Below, one piece after another: positions 35,901 through 49,862 of a stretch of DNA of 64,000 nt (its first letter is position 1; each line of letters begins with the position of its first letter). Both the position numbers and the translations under genes were made by a program. Origin of the DNA: Lytechinus pictus. Its lineage: Eukaryota. Location: assembly GCF_037042905.1 (NCBI RefSeq), contig NC_087251.1, positions 11,906,001 to 11,970,000 of the forward strand, written 5' to 3'. The notes beneath the pieces are model-generated. The model was not told where the DNA came from and did not search any database. It worked only from the letters and a program-made list of their open reading frames with translations.

Positions 35901-38900
35901 ATCAATAATACAGAAAATGAATGATAAATGGCATATGCTATAATATGAAACTAATCTTGATTGTATCTTAGCACTGTACAATTTTATTTATTAAAGAGAT
36001 ACATCTGATGATGATTACATTTATTCATGTCAACTCAAAGCTACATCTTTTCTTTCTGTGCATTTTACCAAGGGAAAGACATCAATAATTCTCCGGTTTT
36101 TGGAGAAGGAGGAGGCACCAAAACCCACAATCGCACTGGAATACACATTTGGTAGAAGAGCTAAAGGTCACAATATGGTATGTTGTGCTGGTGTATTAGT
36201 TAATATTACAATTAAATGGTTGATAGTTCAATTTTTCTAGTTTCATTTTGTATGTTTTAACACAAATTGTACTCCTCTGATTTTGATGGTTTATAAATGA
36301 ATTAAATATAATTCAGTGATATTTAACTCATCCATATTCTATTCATACATTTAACATAAGTCCAATTCTACTGATCTATTAACTGTTCAATATGATTTTT
36401 ATTTAATTGTTCATATCATTAGATCTGATTACACATATCAATTTTACTTCACATATTTAATTCTCACCAATTATCAAGCTGTTTTACAACACACATTATT
36501 CTTTGTTTAATTATTGTTAAATTGAAAACACTCTACTTTTCACAAATTATCCTTTTGATGTCATACAATTTTAGATTCTAAAGAATTCTTGAATATATCT
36601 TGTTTAGTCACTTCTTGAGTATATTTTAAAAGTTTAAGAAAAAAGCACTTTTAGTAATTTCTCAGCTCATTCTATCAAATGCAGTGTTATATCGCATTTT
36701 ACACATTAAAAAAATATTTTAACAACTGATATTTTAATTCACATCAAATGATATTATTTGAAATTATATTCCCTTTTTTAAATGTATGTTAATATTAAAA
36801 TCAATTGACATTATATTTTGATTCTGCTGTGATTGTATAGGTTTTTATTTGTAATGATTTTGAAAACTTTCCACATTTGTTTAATTTTTGCAATATTTTT
36901 GCTTGGCTTTTTGTGATTCATCCCACAGTCCATACAAAACAGGGTAACAGATTTAGATATTTTATAATGGCTCATATCAGAAAATCTAGCAGGTGTTTTT
37001 ACCAAGATTTTTGAAAAAAAAACTTTTTACTTTTAATAAACTCAACAAATACTCCCCAAATAATGTACTTTATATTCACACAAAATCTTTAGCCTCCTTT
37101 ATCATAACATTTTGTCATTTCTTAAGAGTGAATGCTTAAATCAGATTTTTTTTTCCCCAGGATCTTCCTTTAGAATTTGGGTTTTCCTTATAAATTTACA
37201 ATTTTTAGGAAAAGTAATTTACATGCTTGGAAAACTGCTTCGTTTGAAATTCACCAATGCAAATCCAGGGCTGAAGGAGTTCACCCAAGTCAAGAATAAG
37301 TTTTGAATTTTTTGCTCAACTTAAAAGAATGACTTTGTTTTTTTTTTAAATAGAAACTTTCATCTATCATTTTTTTTTCTGATTTTACACAAAACGAAAA
37401 TGCCTGTAAATAAGTTTTCAAGTCATTTTATTATGTTTGCTAGAACTTTTTTTTTCTATTATGCCCAAATGTTTTTATACTACCCTGCATCTGCTAGTTT
37501 TCTTTGACATGGGCCATTGCATGATTTATTAGTTTAGTGATAGTGATAATACTTAGAGATATTGCATGCTTGTTAGACATACATGTATGTAGATGTATGT
37601 AGAATAATATTGTCGATGTGCATGTATCCAGCATGTTTTGTTTTATGCCTGCCTTCATGCCACTTAATGTATTCCCATTTTATAAACTGTAGCATGTTCA
37701 TATTCAAACCACATTATTTTCAAACTGGAACACATTGCAAAATACTACAGTGAACAAGATTTATGCACTTGAAAGTGAAAGTTAACAGTTTGTATTATTT
37801 TTCTTAACAGTGATTTTTTATTTGGATCAATTTACTTGAAAACTTTTAGCATTCTAAGTCAGTTCATGATTTCTTTGCTTTGAAAGAGGAGTAATTCTTT
37901 ACATTGACCATCTTGAATAATTAGTCAGCTTATTTAAAAATTTAGATTTAGCATTTTGGTGGAATTTGAAGATTTTACAGAATGCTACATGCCACAAAAT
38001 GACATTGAATGAAAAAATAACACTGACAATTTTTTTTTGTGAGAGTAGAAAAACTACTAGCATTCATAAATTTTGGAAGTTAATTTTTTTTAATAGTACT
38101 GCTGGAATTCAGCATAAGATTGAGAAAAATCTTTTATGCACATTGGGATGAAATGATTATTATGTACATGTATATTGTCAGAATGTCAGTACACTTTATA
38201 GGTCTTTCCCCTAAGTAGTCTGATATTTTCTTGACTGAATGAGTTTGCTCTTTTTCTACTTTCTAGTGGTGTACATGTACTTAAGTAGGACAAGGGATAA
38301 GGATATGTTTTAGGACTGTACTTGCCGAGGGGATATGAATCACTTCTCTAATCAATTTAAAATGATTGATGTCATGAGGTGAAAAATTAAAAGAAAGAAG
38401 CAAAGTCTTGTTTAACAAAGAAAATGATAGAATTCTGTAACAAATTTGCTTTTGGTCAATCGAATGGAGCTATTGTACTTGCATATAAAAGAGATTGTAA
38501 GTAGATATTGATAACAAGGTTTCATGGAACTTGGCTCTAGAAATGATGCAGAGTATTATTCTTTCTAATCAGGGTCCTGTAACATATGATCAGTATTTTC
38601 TATACATTTTTAAAAATATTTTATTCAGTAAACTAACAAATTATGATTGTACATTTTAGTGTTACAAGGCACAATACTAAACTTTACATGAGGATGTTCT
38701 TGATTTTTGAACCAGAATTTAAAAAGCAAAACAAAAAAAGGGAAATGATCTCATAAAATGTTTCAGTGCTTCCTTTATTCATTTCACACGAGAATTTGAA
38801 AATGTAATTAAAAAATAAAAAATAAAGCGTCCCCCAGAATCCAGAAATAATGAGAGACATGGAGAGAAAAAGAAGAAATACCCACAGTCAACCAAGCAAT

Positions 38901-41900
38901 ACATTTTAGAGTTTTGTCAGACGTTTATCAATGTTTGGGACCGACCTTTAACATCACCATCTGAAAGAGGTGATCAGTGCTCAAAACTTTGCATTAATTT
39001 GTAACTTCCCACGTAACTTGGATTTGGTGCAGGCCAAAATGCCCATACTTTTCAAAATCTTTCCTTAAACTATTTGATCATTTGCACAATTGAGTGAATA
39101 TATTTGCTCAGTTAAAGGTATTATAAACTATTATTTGTAATAATCTGATGATATGATTTAGAAAATTAACTTATTGATAGGCCTTTGTTAATACTTGGTA
39201 ATTTTATTTGAATGCACAATTTATTTTCTTTATTTTGATTTACATGATGCACATGTTTATACATTATCAAACTCATTCTTTTATATTTCTTTCACCTAAT
39301 CTAAGTCCACACCTCACAATTTCGTAATTTTGTTGTATTTTATTTTAATGCCTTGGGCAGGAAGCATCTTCAGTCTTGATTATTACTTTTAGTTTTATGA
39401 TTAAATGCAAATTGTAATACTTCCTAATAAATTTGATTAATTATTCATGTCTGATCTGCTTTTTAATGATGCCAAATGCATTGTAATTTTGTTAGAAAAA
39501 AACTAATTGAATTTGTGAATGCCTTTTCAGTAAAACAGTTAGTAGGTTATTTTGAGCAATAATATAATGATACAATAGACAATTAAAAAAAAATTAATAC
39601 CAACCAAATAAATAAATTTTGCATATATTTTTTGATGATTTTTTTTTCATCAAAAGAACAGGAGATTGATCATACTTTTGAGTAATGGGAGAGTACTCTT
39701 GTTCATATCATGTAACATGAAAGGTATGCACTTGTTATACCTAAGGTGAGTTATTCCAAAACGTGCACATACCCAGGATGTTCAGAGTAGTTGAACCTTC
39801 AGAATAATGAACCTTCTGAAAAATGAGCTGTAATTCACGTTAAATAAAGAATTCTAATTTTTTATTGTAAGGTGGTCAAGCCAAAATATGATGACAAGGA
39901 TTCAAGTAACATATTATGAGAGCAGACTATTATTAGTATCATCATTATTTGCTACTTTTCGTGACATATGATTTAGCTCTCTCAGTTATTGCACTTATTA
40001 ATTCATCATGGTTACTGTTCTATTTTATCTAGGTGAAAGATATTTGTCATATCTGGGAGTTAGGTGGAGGTACATTCCTGTCACAATTAACAGAGATTCC
40101 ATTGACAGAGGATACAATCATGTAAGTTCAATATTTAGTTTAGATTTTCCCTCTTTTGCATTTTGTATTATAATAGGGACAAAGTAAACCTCTGTCAGTG
40201 ATTGTTAAAAGGGATGTATGATACTATGTTAACAACAGACTGTATTAGAAAGGAAGGAGAAGAGGAGGAGGATACTTTCTACTGTTTATGAAAAAGGCAT
40301 GATTCCTGATTATGATTACTTTCCTCTTCCCATTATCAGGTCATGTGAATAAATCTGTGAGCTGAACATGCAGGGAAACACATATTGTCATGGAAAAGTT
40401 TGTTTTTCCAGAGATTTTCTCAAAAATTCATTCAATTACTTCAATTAATACACACAATTTGATATATTTCAGACTTGATTTGTCTGTCATATGTGGTATC
40501 CTTTGCATTTAAAGTTCATTGATAATTATCATAATTAAAAAAATCAATTATATTTGACCTTGTAAATATGATTGTAGAAGTGTGGACTTGTATCATGTAT
40601 CCATTTTTGTCACAATAGCACCCCAATTGAATCAAATAAAAAATGAATTGACACATGGTTACGATTTTGATCTTAGGTCATCATCAGTGATGGTAGTAAT
40701 GGACCTATCACAGCCTTATGAACTATGGCACACTATGGAAACACTCATCAAGAGTGCCTTAGATAGGGTGGAACAGGTCATCTCAAAAGCATCCAGGAAC
40801 GACCCTAGTATACAGGATAAGATCAAAGAGAGGGCATGGAAGAGGATAGGAGTTGATCACCCTGTAAGTAGAATCTGGATCACTGCCGAAGGATTATTTC
40901 AATCATTACATTTTCAAAATAAAATTTAAAAAATGTAGTAAATTTTTGTTTTCAATTCTATAGAAATATATCTAATGAAACACTTTAATTTCAGATTGGG
41001 TTATTGATTGAAAATATGTGCTTAACCAATGTATAATATGTTTTAAATGAATTCATTTTTTTTTTACTGCGAGGGACTTGCTTTGTATTGTCATTCACAT
41101 AAAATGTCTAACGATACTGTCGGCTCTAGTTTATAAATATTTTTCGTCTGATGGGTTAGATGATTGCAAATGCAATATTTTCTAGCCATGAACAATATCT
41201 GATAGAAAAGCACATTCTGTCAATATCTAGATATGTCTGTAAACCAAGGTTTGAAGAACAAATTAAACACAGGTCAAATTAACATGTGTAATTGTCAAAC
41301 AGACAGTATTATCATATGGCAGTCCTTTACTCTATAAAAAGTGCTATTTGAAAAATGGTTGTTGGATGGAGTTGAATGTTGTGATTATTTTGTTTTTCAG
41401 AAAAGACGATTTCTTTGTATGTCTTTTAGCATAAGAAATGCAAAGGATTACTTATATAGCTGGAGTATGAAAGCATATCAAATTATAAATGGTATAAATG
41501 GTTACTTTTCAATAGCAAAGTAAATTACTTCTTTGATGTTTAGGTATTTTTTTTCATTATTTCTCCATTTATCTTTACAGGACAGAGATATGTTGGATCC
41601 TTTCCCATTACCTTTGGTTATTATTGGTACAAAGTATGATGTGTATCAGGTACGGATGAATTGATTCATACAATTAACCTAATGCCATATTTTGAACTGG
41701 GTTGTCGTTGTACAAAGCCTATATGTGAGTCCGATTTTCAGTTGCCATTCTTAAGCATTCTTTAGTTAATTCATATTCAAAGAGATCACCTACCTGTCTA
41801 CAATGATCATATTTTAAATTCTCTTCTATATGTGGTTCGTTATGAAGAAGTGCTGTAGAAAACCTCTCCACTATGGTAATTTACCTGTATATTCATTTTC

Positions 41901-44900
41901 TTGTCTCCTTTTTTTAGAGGTCTACAGATACATAGAACAGGTGGGTGTTTCATAAAGCTGTTCGTAAGTTAAGAGCGACTTTAAGAACGACTGGTGAACC
42001 TTACGGGCTAAATAATCACCGACATATAATGGTGAACATCATTTACCACAAGAAAGGATCACCAGTCGCTCTTAACTTACGAACAGCTTTATGAAATGGG
42101 CCCCAGGGTAGTAAGATATCAGGTAATGATATAGATACATGTTGTACTTATTCAGATCAGTGACTTGAATTCTTATAATTCAATTAGATTTGTTTTAAAG
42201 TGGGCAACAAATATTTAATCAAAGGTTTAGAATATGATACAGGTATTTACACAGTATAGTGCATGATAAATGTATGTAGCACAAAAAAATAAAACTGCTT
42301 TATATATGATTTTGTTTAATGAAACAAATGTTTGAACATAGTTTTCCAGAACAGGAAAATGTATATTTTTCAGAAATTCAGTATTAGTAGCACAGATACT
42401 GCCTTAAGAAAAAGGTGAAAATGGCAAATTAATGAAGAAATTTATTGTGTTTATAAACAGGACTTTGACCCCGAGAAGAGAAAAGTAATCTCCAAGACAT
42501 TACGTTTCATTGCACACAACTATGGAGCAGCTCTTCAGGTAAGTTTAAAAGGAATGTTCAGATCTTATCAATTTTATTGTCTCGCCTGCATAGCAGAGCG
42601 AGACTATAGGCGCCGCTTTTCCGACGGCGACGGCGGCGGCGTCAACATCAAATCTTAACCTAAGGTTAAAGGAGAATGAAACTCTTGGAGCAAGTTAGCT
42701 TTTGTGAAAGTAGAAAAATCAAAGAATATGATCAACAAAAGTTTGAGTGAAATAGGACTAGCAATAGAAGAGTTATGGGCATTTGAATGTCGAGATCACT
42801 AATGCTATGGAGATCCTCCCATTGGCAATGCGACCAAGATCTATGATGTCACAGATGAACAACTCTCCCCTTTTGGACACTGAAAATATACCCCAAAACA
42901 TCTCTTTTTGCTCATTCTAATCATATGACAAACGATTCATCAATGATATAATGTTGTGAAACCTCTGTACTTGTCCTCTCATAAAGATAACACCTCACCT
43001 TGTGATAGACTCTATAAAAGTGAGAATATAAGTGAAATAAGTACTAAAGTAATGAGGGAGTTGTACGTGTGTGACATCACAGATCTTGGTCGCATTGCCA
43101 ATGGGAGGATCTACATGGCATTAGTGATCTCAATATTCAAATGCTCATAACTTTCTTATTATTCATTCAATCTTCCTCAAACTTTCAACAATATGTTTCT
43201 TGGATTTTTCTCTTTGATATGGATTGAGCTGGTTTCAAGGGTTTCATTCTCCTTTAAGTTTTTGAAATGACATCATAACTTAGAAAGTATATGAACCTAG
43301 TTCATGAAACTTGGACATAAGGTTAATCAAGTATTACTGAACATCCTGCCTGAGTTTCAGGTCACATGACCAAGGTCAAAGGTCATTTAGGGTCAATGAA
43401 CTTAGACCATGTTGGGAAAATTATTTTCAAAACCTTAACCGAAGGTTAAGTTTTTGAAATGACATCATAACTTAAAAAGTATATGGACCTAGTTCATGAA
43501 ACTTGGGCATAAGGTTAATCAAGTATTAGTGAACATCCTGCTCGAGTTTCAGGTCACGTGACCAAGGTCAAAGGTCATTTAGGGTCAATGAACTTTGGTC
43601 AAGTTGGGGGCATTTGTTGAATTACTATCATAACTTTGAAAATTTATGGATCTAGTCCATGAAACTTGGACATAAGGTTAATCAAGTATTAGTGAACATC
43701 CTGCCTGAGTTTCAGGTCACATGACCAAGGTCAAAGGTCATTTAGGGTCAATGAACTTTGGCCAAGTTGGGGGTATTTGTTGAATTACCATCATAACTTT
43801 GAAAATTTATGGATTTAGTTCATGAAACTTGGACATTAGGTTAATCAAGTACCACTGAATATCCTGTGTGAGTTTCAGGTCACATGACCATGGTCAATGG
43901 TCATTTAAGGTCAATGAACTTTGGCCGTGTTGGGCGTATATGTTAAATTACCATCCTAACTCTGAAAGTTTATGGATCTAGTTCATAAAACTTGGACATA
44001 AGAGTAATCAAGTATCACTGAACATCCTGTACGAGTTTCAGGTCACATGACCATGGTCAAAGGTCATTAAAGGTCAATGAACTTTGGCCGTGTTGGGGGT
44101 ATTTGTTGAATTACCATCCTAACTCTGAAAGTTTATGGATCTAGTTCATAAAACTTGGGATATAAGAGTAATCAAGCTTCACTGAACATCCCCTGTGAGT
44201 TTCAGGTCACAAAACCAAGTCAAAGGTCAGTTAAGGTCAATAAACTTAGGCCATGTTGGGGTAATTGTTGAAGTGCCATCATAACTTTGAAAGTTTATGG
44301 ATAGAGAATGAATGAAATGTGGACATGGGTGAAGTTGACAAGTCTTAAGTCACCGTTCAAATGTCATCTATGGTCAATGAACGTGGTATTATATCATTAT
44401 ATGAAAGGTGTTTTTGTGAATGATTATTTTATAGTAGTTTTCAAAGTTAGCACTGCTGCTATGTTAAATTGCGTAATGCAGGCGAGACTGCCAGAGGCGT
44501 TCCACTTGTTATCAATACTTATTCATATGTGCTTGTACAAAATTAGAAATTCTCTTTTTATTTTTCAAAGGAAATAAAAGCAATATTCCTGGGGAGCGTT
44601 TCATGAAAGGACTTGTCGGACGTTTTATCCGACAAGTTCCATTTTTCCGACAGTAACCATAGTAACTGTGCTTCTCAGCCAATCTAATTCAAGGAAAGAT
44701 GTCAGATCTGACAACTTGTCGGATGAAAATGTTGATGAAACGCTCCCCTGGTCCCCTGGATCAATGAGATAAAATTGAAAGCAATGGTTGACTCTCAAAT
44801 TCATGACATTCATTTTCATTTGGAAGTTCATTTGCTCATAATGTGGGAGCAGTCGTATATTGCATTGACATTAAAATTTGTTTACCAATTATTTAACGGT

Positions 44901-47900
44901 CGTTTATGAATGATAATTGACATAATTATGTTTTACACCTGTTTAATTAGATTAAGAATTTCAAACCAAGGATATAAGTTTCATCTTGCTACATGTACAT
45001 ATAGCTTAGGTGTATATTTCAATGTAATTTACAAGGAAGGAATGCTAAATAATATAATATACCATATTTGAGTGTCATATCCAGGTCGCTTATCAATTCC
45101 ATCCTGTCATGTGACCTAGTTCAATGTCCTTATTAGGATTATTTTTATCTTTTTTACTGCTCTATTGAAATCAGTGGACTTCTGATGAAGTTTAAAGAAA
45201 GTTAGTTAAAATATATTGCAAAGAGGAATCAATTGAAATATTTTGGAAAGAATATACCTGACTACATGAATAAAAATAGGAAATAGATAGAAAATGGTAA
45301 TCAGAGTTTGATGAGAAAATAATGAGAAATAGACTAATTGATAAATGATAGATTACTACAGAACCAGTCAAGGTGTAAAGAAGAGGACATTAAGGAAATA
45401 TGACGTGGTAGGGATGAAGGACAGAGGTAAAGAGAAAAGGGGGAAATAAAATGATAAATGGAGGAAGGGGATATAGAGAGGATTGGAGATCTATGAATGC
45501 ATCACAGGACAGATAAAAAATGAAGAGAGGTTCATAATCCTTGTATTTGTTTCACTTTACAGTTTTCAAGTAACAAGACGGATGGTCTGATGTCTAGAAC
45601 CAAAAACCTTGTCAGTCATCTAGCCTTCTCAACAACTCTCAGGTATACCATGATAGTACTTGGGTTAACATTCAGGCATACATGTAGATCAAGGAAGGGG
45701 GACACATATCCCCTGTCAAAGTTTTTAGTCAAACTTGTTAGGTGAGGTTGTATGAGCTTCTCCTTGTATGAGAAGTACCCCCTTGTCTGCCTTCAGTGAA
45801 CAACCCCCTGTCCATAAATTATAATGCATTCTCTAATTCTATAGTACTTTTTAATTAATTAATAGACATGCATTGATGTCATTGTGTCGCCATCTTAGAG
45901 GCTTGAGCCATTGCCTTGCATGCGTTTGTGATCTGCAGCTGTTGCACCTCTGACAACTCTGTATTCCTATATCCTTTGAGGGAGGGCGCTATGATATAAC
46001 ATCATATGCATAAGGTATATTATAATGTAATCTTTGACATTCTCTGATTTGCCTCATCAGGATTAAAGAGCATAGTACTTTAATGATTAGTTGTGCTTTT
46101 TCTCTAATATTTCATATATATATGTATTTTCTTTTTCTTGACAGCTTGAAGACTATATCTGTAGATCCTAACAAGCCAATTTCAGTTCCATTTGGACTTG
46201 ATTCATTGGAACAAATAGGTCAGTATAGTTACACAACACATGAGGAGAGCCTGTAAACATAAATATTTTTGTAGGTAACCCCAACCATTTCTTGTTGTTT
46301 GTGTTAGATGTATATTGTTAAGTTTCTGTTGAACTTTTATTTTTGTCATGTCGCTATAAATGGCTGTTCCTGGAAATTGAATAAACATAAACATACAGAA
46401 TTAATATTTCAATGAATAATTTTTTTTTTAATTCCACCCCCCCAAATAAAAAAATTGAAGACACCTGAAAATTCAAGGACATATGATTTTTTCAATGACA
46501 TTTATGCTTGAGGAGTATATTGTGATATAAGAATTCTATCAAAGTTACAGGTTATGGAAAATGAGATATTGATCCATATTTAAGCATATATGTGAAAGTG
46601 TTTTGTAGTATGAATTTATAGATTTGGTTGTCTAATCAGTACATATTGCTACAGAATAGAGAGGAAACGATTTCTTTAACTCTTGAATTGTGCAATTTAG
46701 TACTGTACTCATTCAACATTTAAAGTTGTGAAATAAGGAAAATTAACTGATAATGCAGTATTCTGAAATCGGGAAAAACAGTTACTGATAACCTTACATG
46801 GTTAGATTTATAAAATAACATGCTTATTTTAGTTATGATTGAAAAATTCTGAATCTTTTGGTTCGTAATCTGTATTCTTATATAAAATAACTTTGGTGGT
46901 CGTTTTGTTAGATTGTTTTTAAATTCAATTTATGATTTTTACCACAACTTTAATGTTTAAAAAAATATAGGCCTACGTATGTACATTAGTTGATCAATGG
47001 AAAACTGTCATTTTCAATTTATTTTGATCTAATTCTTTCTTTGTATCTCAGGTTTACCACCAGTAGGTGATGATGATCTTGGTAGATCTAATGCAAGGAC
47101 ACCGTTAGACTTATGGAAACAGGCTTTCACATCATACTTCCCACAGAAGGTAAATATTTTTCTTGTTATGTTGGTGAATAGGCATGTTTACTAAGTGATT
47201 TGAATTCATGTATGTTTCTTTCCTGAGTAATGATGTATTCCTTTTAACCTGGTGGTGATAAGTAAACTACAATACTTGTAGTGTAGTTTGCATGCATTAA
47301 TTATTTGCTAGGTCTGGTGAAAAGCATTCAGGTTGTAGAAAAGAGCGATAGTTATAAAAGAAAGCTTGACATTTTCAAATGTTAGTTTAACAAGTCTACT
47401 TGAGTGTCATTATTTTTTCAATGAAATGTATTCTCTTTATTTTCTTAATTCTCAAGGTATTGTGGTTGTAGTCTGCATTGCTTTATTAGAGAAAGTTCCA
47501 ATGTGTGGGGAAATAAGGTTGGCAGTATTTGGCTTATTTTCTCTTGTTCTTGGGGACAAACGCTTGATTTTTTACACTGTCAGTTTCCATTACAACTATT
47601 CATCGTCATATAACTTGACTCTTAAGTAAATTGAAATCTTTTAATTATTTTTTCTAAATTAAAAATAGAGATTGAAAACTGACAATTTTATTGAAATTTT
47701 TCTTTCCACCAATATAGGGCCTACACAACAATATGCCACAAATTCAAGTTTTTGAGCACTCAAAATATTTAAAAAATACAAAAATATTCCCCAAGTTACT
47801 AATGAAAAATAAATTGAAACTTTATAAAAATTAGTATTTTGGGGTATAAAAGTGGGATTTTAATGATTTTTTTTAAATGTGTGTTGTATACTGCATAGAT

Positions 47901-48781
47901 CTACATGTAGATTTCCCATAGGCAGGGTGGTTGCAGTGACAAGTGACATATACATATGCATTCCCTTATCTGGCACAGAGATATTTTATCAACTTGTTTC
48001 TAGAGAGCTACAATTCATTGGATTAAGTTAGAATTGACTGTTTCAATGTTTGGCAAGCATCTGACAAGCTTTGGGGTTGTCAAGAACTTGTTTTGTTTGA
48101 AAAGCATTAATATGCCCCTTTTTATGCTTGTGTTTTTATACAGAGTACGATCAAAGCTATTGTTGAAGACCCATCCAAAGACCCACAGTATGCAGAGGCT
48201 GCAGTAGATAATATGAGAGAACAGAAAAATAAGGTATGGTGAAACAAAATCAAGCCAATGTTCAATTTTAATACAAGAAAATCTAAGTTTTGTAATTTGC
48301 ATGTTTATCACAGTAAAAGTGGAAAGGATGGCTAAGTTGCCTAGTGATTCAGATTTTAAAAGAACTTCCAATATTTGAGCCCTGTTTATTATCAAAATTG
48401 CCGTCATCACCTTTATAATCCTTATCACCCTCCTCATTGCTCTCATCGATCATCACCACCACCATCATCACAATCGAAATCACCATCACTATCCTCATCG
48501 TCACCATCATCATCATCACCATCAAAATCGCCATTACCATCGTCACCATCACCATCACCACCATTGTCGTTGTCGTGGTCATCATCACCAACATCACCAC
48601 CATTCATCCAAATCTTTTTTCATCATCTCATCAGGTATAGTGAAGAATAAATAATATACTCTTGATATCATCTTGTTTTTTTTTCAAACTGCAGGAGCTT
48701 GAGAGATACAGAAAACAGGCAGAGAGAAGAGCAAAGGAAAACAAGACTGGTGGATCAGGGGATGGGATACTCAGATTATGA
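32939..48781 (+). CDS. DYNC2LI1: Cytoplasmic dynein-2 light intermediate chain 1 (about 365 aa)
   Basis: Thirteen phase-consistent GT-AG exons: 32939-32949, 35193-35266, 35585-35640, 36073-36177, 40033-40121, 40677-40863, 41581-41649, 42461-42538, 45563-45642, 46145-46218, 47052-47149, 48144-48233, 48695-48781 (TGA). Translation has SIWDIA, P-loop [62 protein letters not shown]. Confidence 0.95.
33713..34301. mobile_element. Older TTAA-flanked MITE related to the 11045 family
   Basis: TTAA|AGGG ... CCCT|TTAA; internal inverted arms (ttcatgaatattcatt...ctgatgatgt / acatcatcag...aatattcatgaa). Confidence 0.65.
41941..42103. mobile_element. Short palindromic MITE (PIF/Harbinger-like), copy 3
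   Basis: Same family as 3174-3331; CAG on both sides. Confidence 0.85.
42572..44510 (-). mobile_element. Helentron/DINE-1-like element, family A copy 2 (longer array, interrupted by a MITE)
   Basis: Reverse complement of the 14953 element's ends; six to seven tandem units. Confidence 0.82.
42670..43253. mobile_element. TTAA-flanked MITE (Kolobok-like) nested in family A copy 2
   Basis: TTAA|AGGAGAATGAAAC ... GTTTCATTCTCCT|TTAA; removing it restores aggTTAAgtttttgaaatg as in the other copies. Confidence 0.9.
44592..44747. mobile_element. Short MITE with CTG target duplication
   Basis: CTG|gggagcgtttcat ... atgaaacgctccc|CTG. Confidence 0.85.
48400..48630. repeat. Degenerate (CAT/CAC)n microsatellite
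   Basis: Direct reading. Confidence 0.9.
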
Positions 48782-49059
48782 TCACTCACAAAGGATCTGA
48801 TAATTATTGGGAGTGTACAGGAAGCATCCTGTTATAGACGTACACTACACATTTTTATAAACTAATCCTAGCATCTGAATTGCTGAGGCAGGTACAGCAT
48901 CCTTAAAGGGCCCAGCCACTGACAATTCATGGGGAAATTGAATCAATACGAAATTCGCAAAAGGCCAATTGACTTGCATAATATAATCCGTCCGTCATGA
49001 GCACCCATCGGACTAATGCGATATAAGTTCGGACAGCACAAATTTCACCAAACTCGTGG

Positions 49060-49862
49060 TTTTTTGTCTCACCTGCATAGCAGAGTGAGACTATAGGCGC
49101 CGCTTTTCCGACGGCGGCGGCGGCGGCGACGGCGGCGTCAACACCAAATCTTAACCTGAGGTTAAGTTTTTGAAATGACAGCATAACTTAGAAAGTATAT
49201 GGACCTAGTTCATGAAACTTGGCCATAAGGTTAATCAAGTATTACTGAACATCCTGCCTGAGTTTCATGTCACATGACCAAGGTCAAAGGTCATTTAGGG
49301 TCAATGAACTTAGACCATGTTGGGGGAATCAACATCAAAATCTTAACCTAAGGTTAAGTTTTTGAAATGTCATCATAACTTAGAAAATATATGGACCTAG
49401 TTCATGAAACTTATACATAAGGTTAATCAAGTATCACTGAACATCCTGCATGAGTTTCACGTCACATGACCAAGGTCAAATGTCATTTAGGGTCAATGAA
49501 CTTTGGCCGAATTGGGGGTATCTGTTGAATTACCATCATAACTTTGAAAGTTTATGGATCTGATTCATGAAACTTGGACATAATAGTAATCAAGTATTAC
49601 TGAACATCCTGTGCAAGTTTCAGGTCACATGATCAAGGTCAAAGGTCATGTAAGGTCAAAGAACTTTGGCCACGTCGGGGGTATTTGTTGAATTGCCATC
49701 ATATCTCTATAAGTGTATTGGTCTAGTTCATAAAACGTGGAAATACGAGTAACCAAGTATCACTGAACATCTTGTGCGAGTTATAGTAGTTTTCAAAATC
49801 AGCACTGCTGCTATATTGAATCGCGTGATGCAGGTGAGACGGCCAGAGGCATTCCACTTGTT
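49060..49862 (-). mobile_element. Helentron/DINE-1-like element, family A copy 3, about 280 bp after the DYNC2LI1 stop
   Basis: Near-identical reverse complement of 14953-15909 with one fewer tandem unit. Confidence 0.85.
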
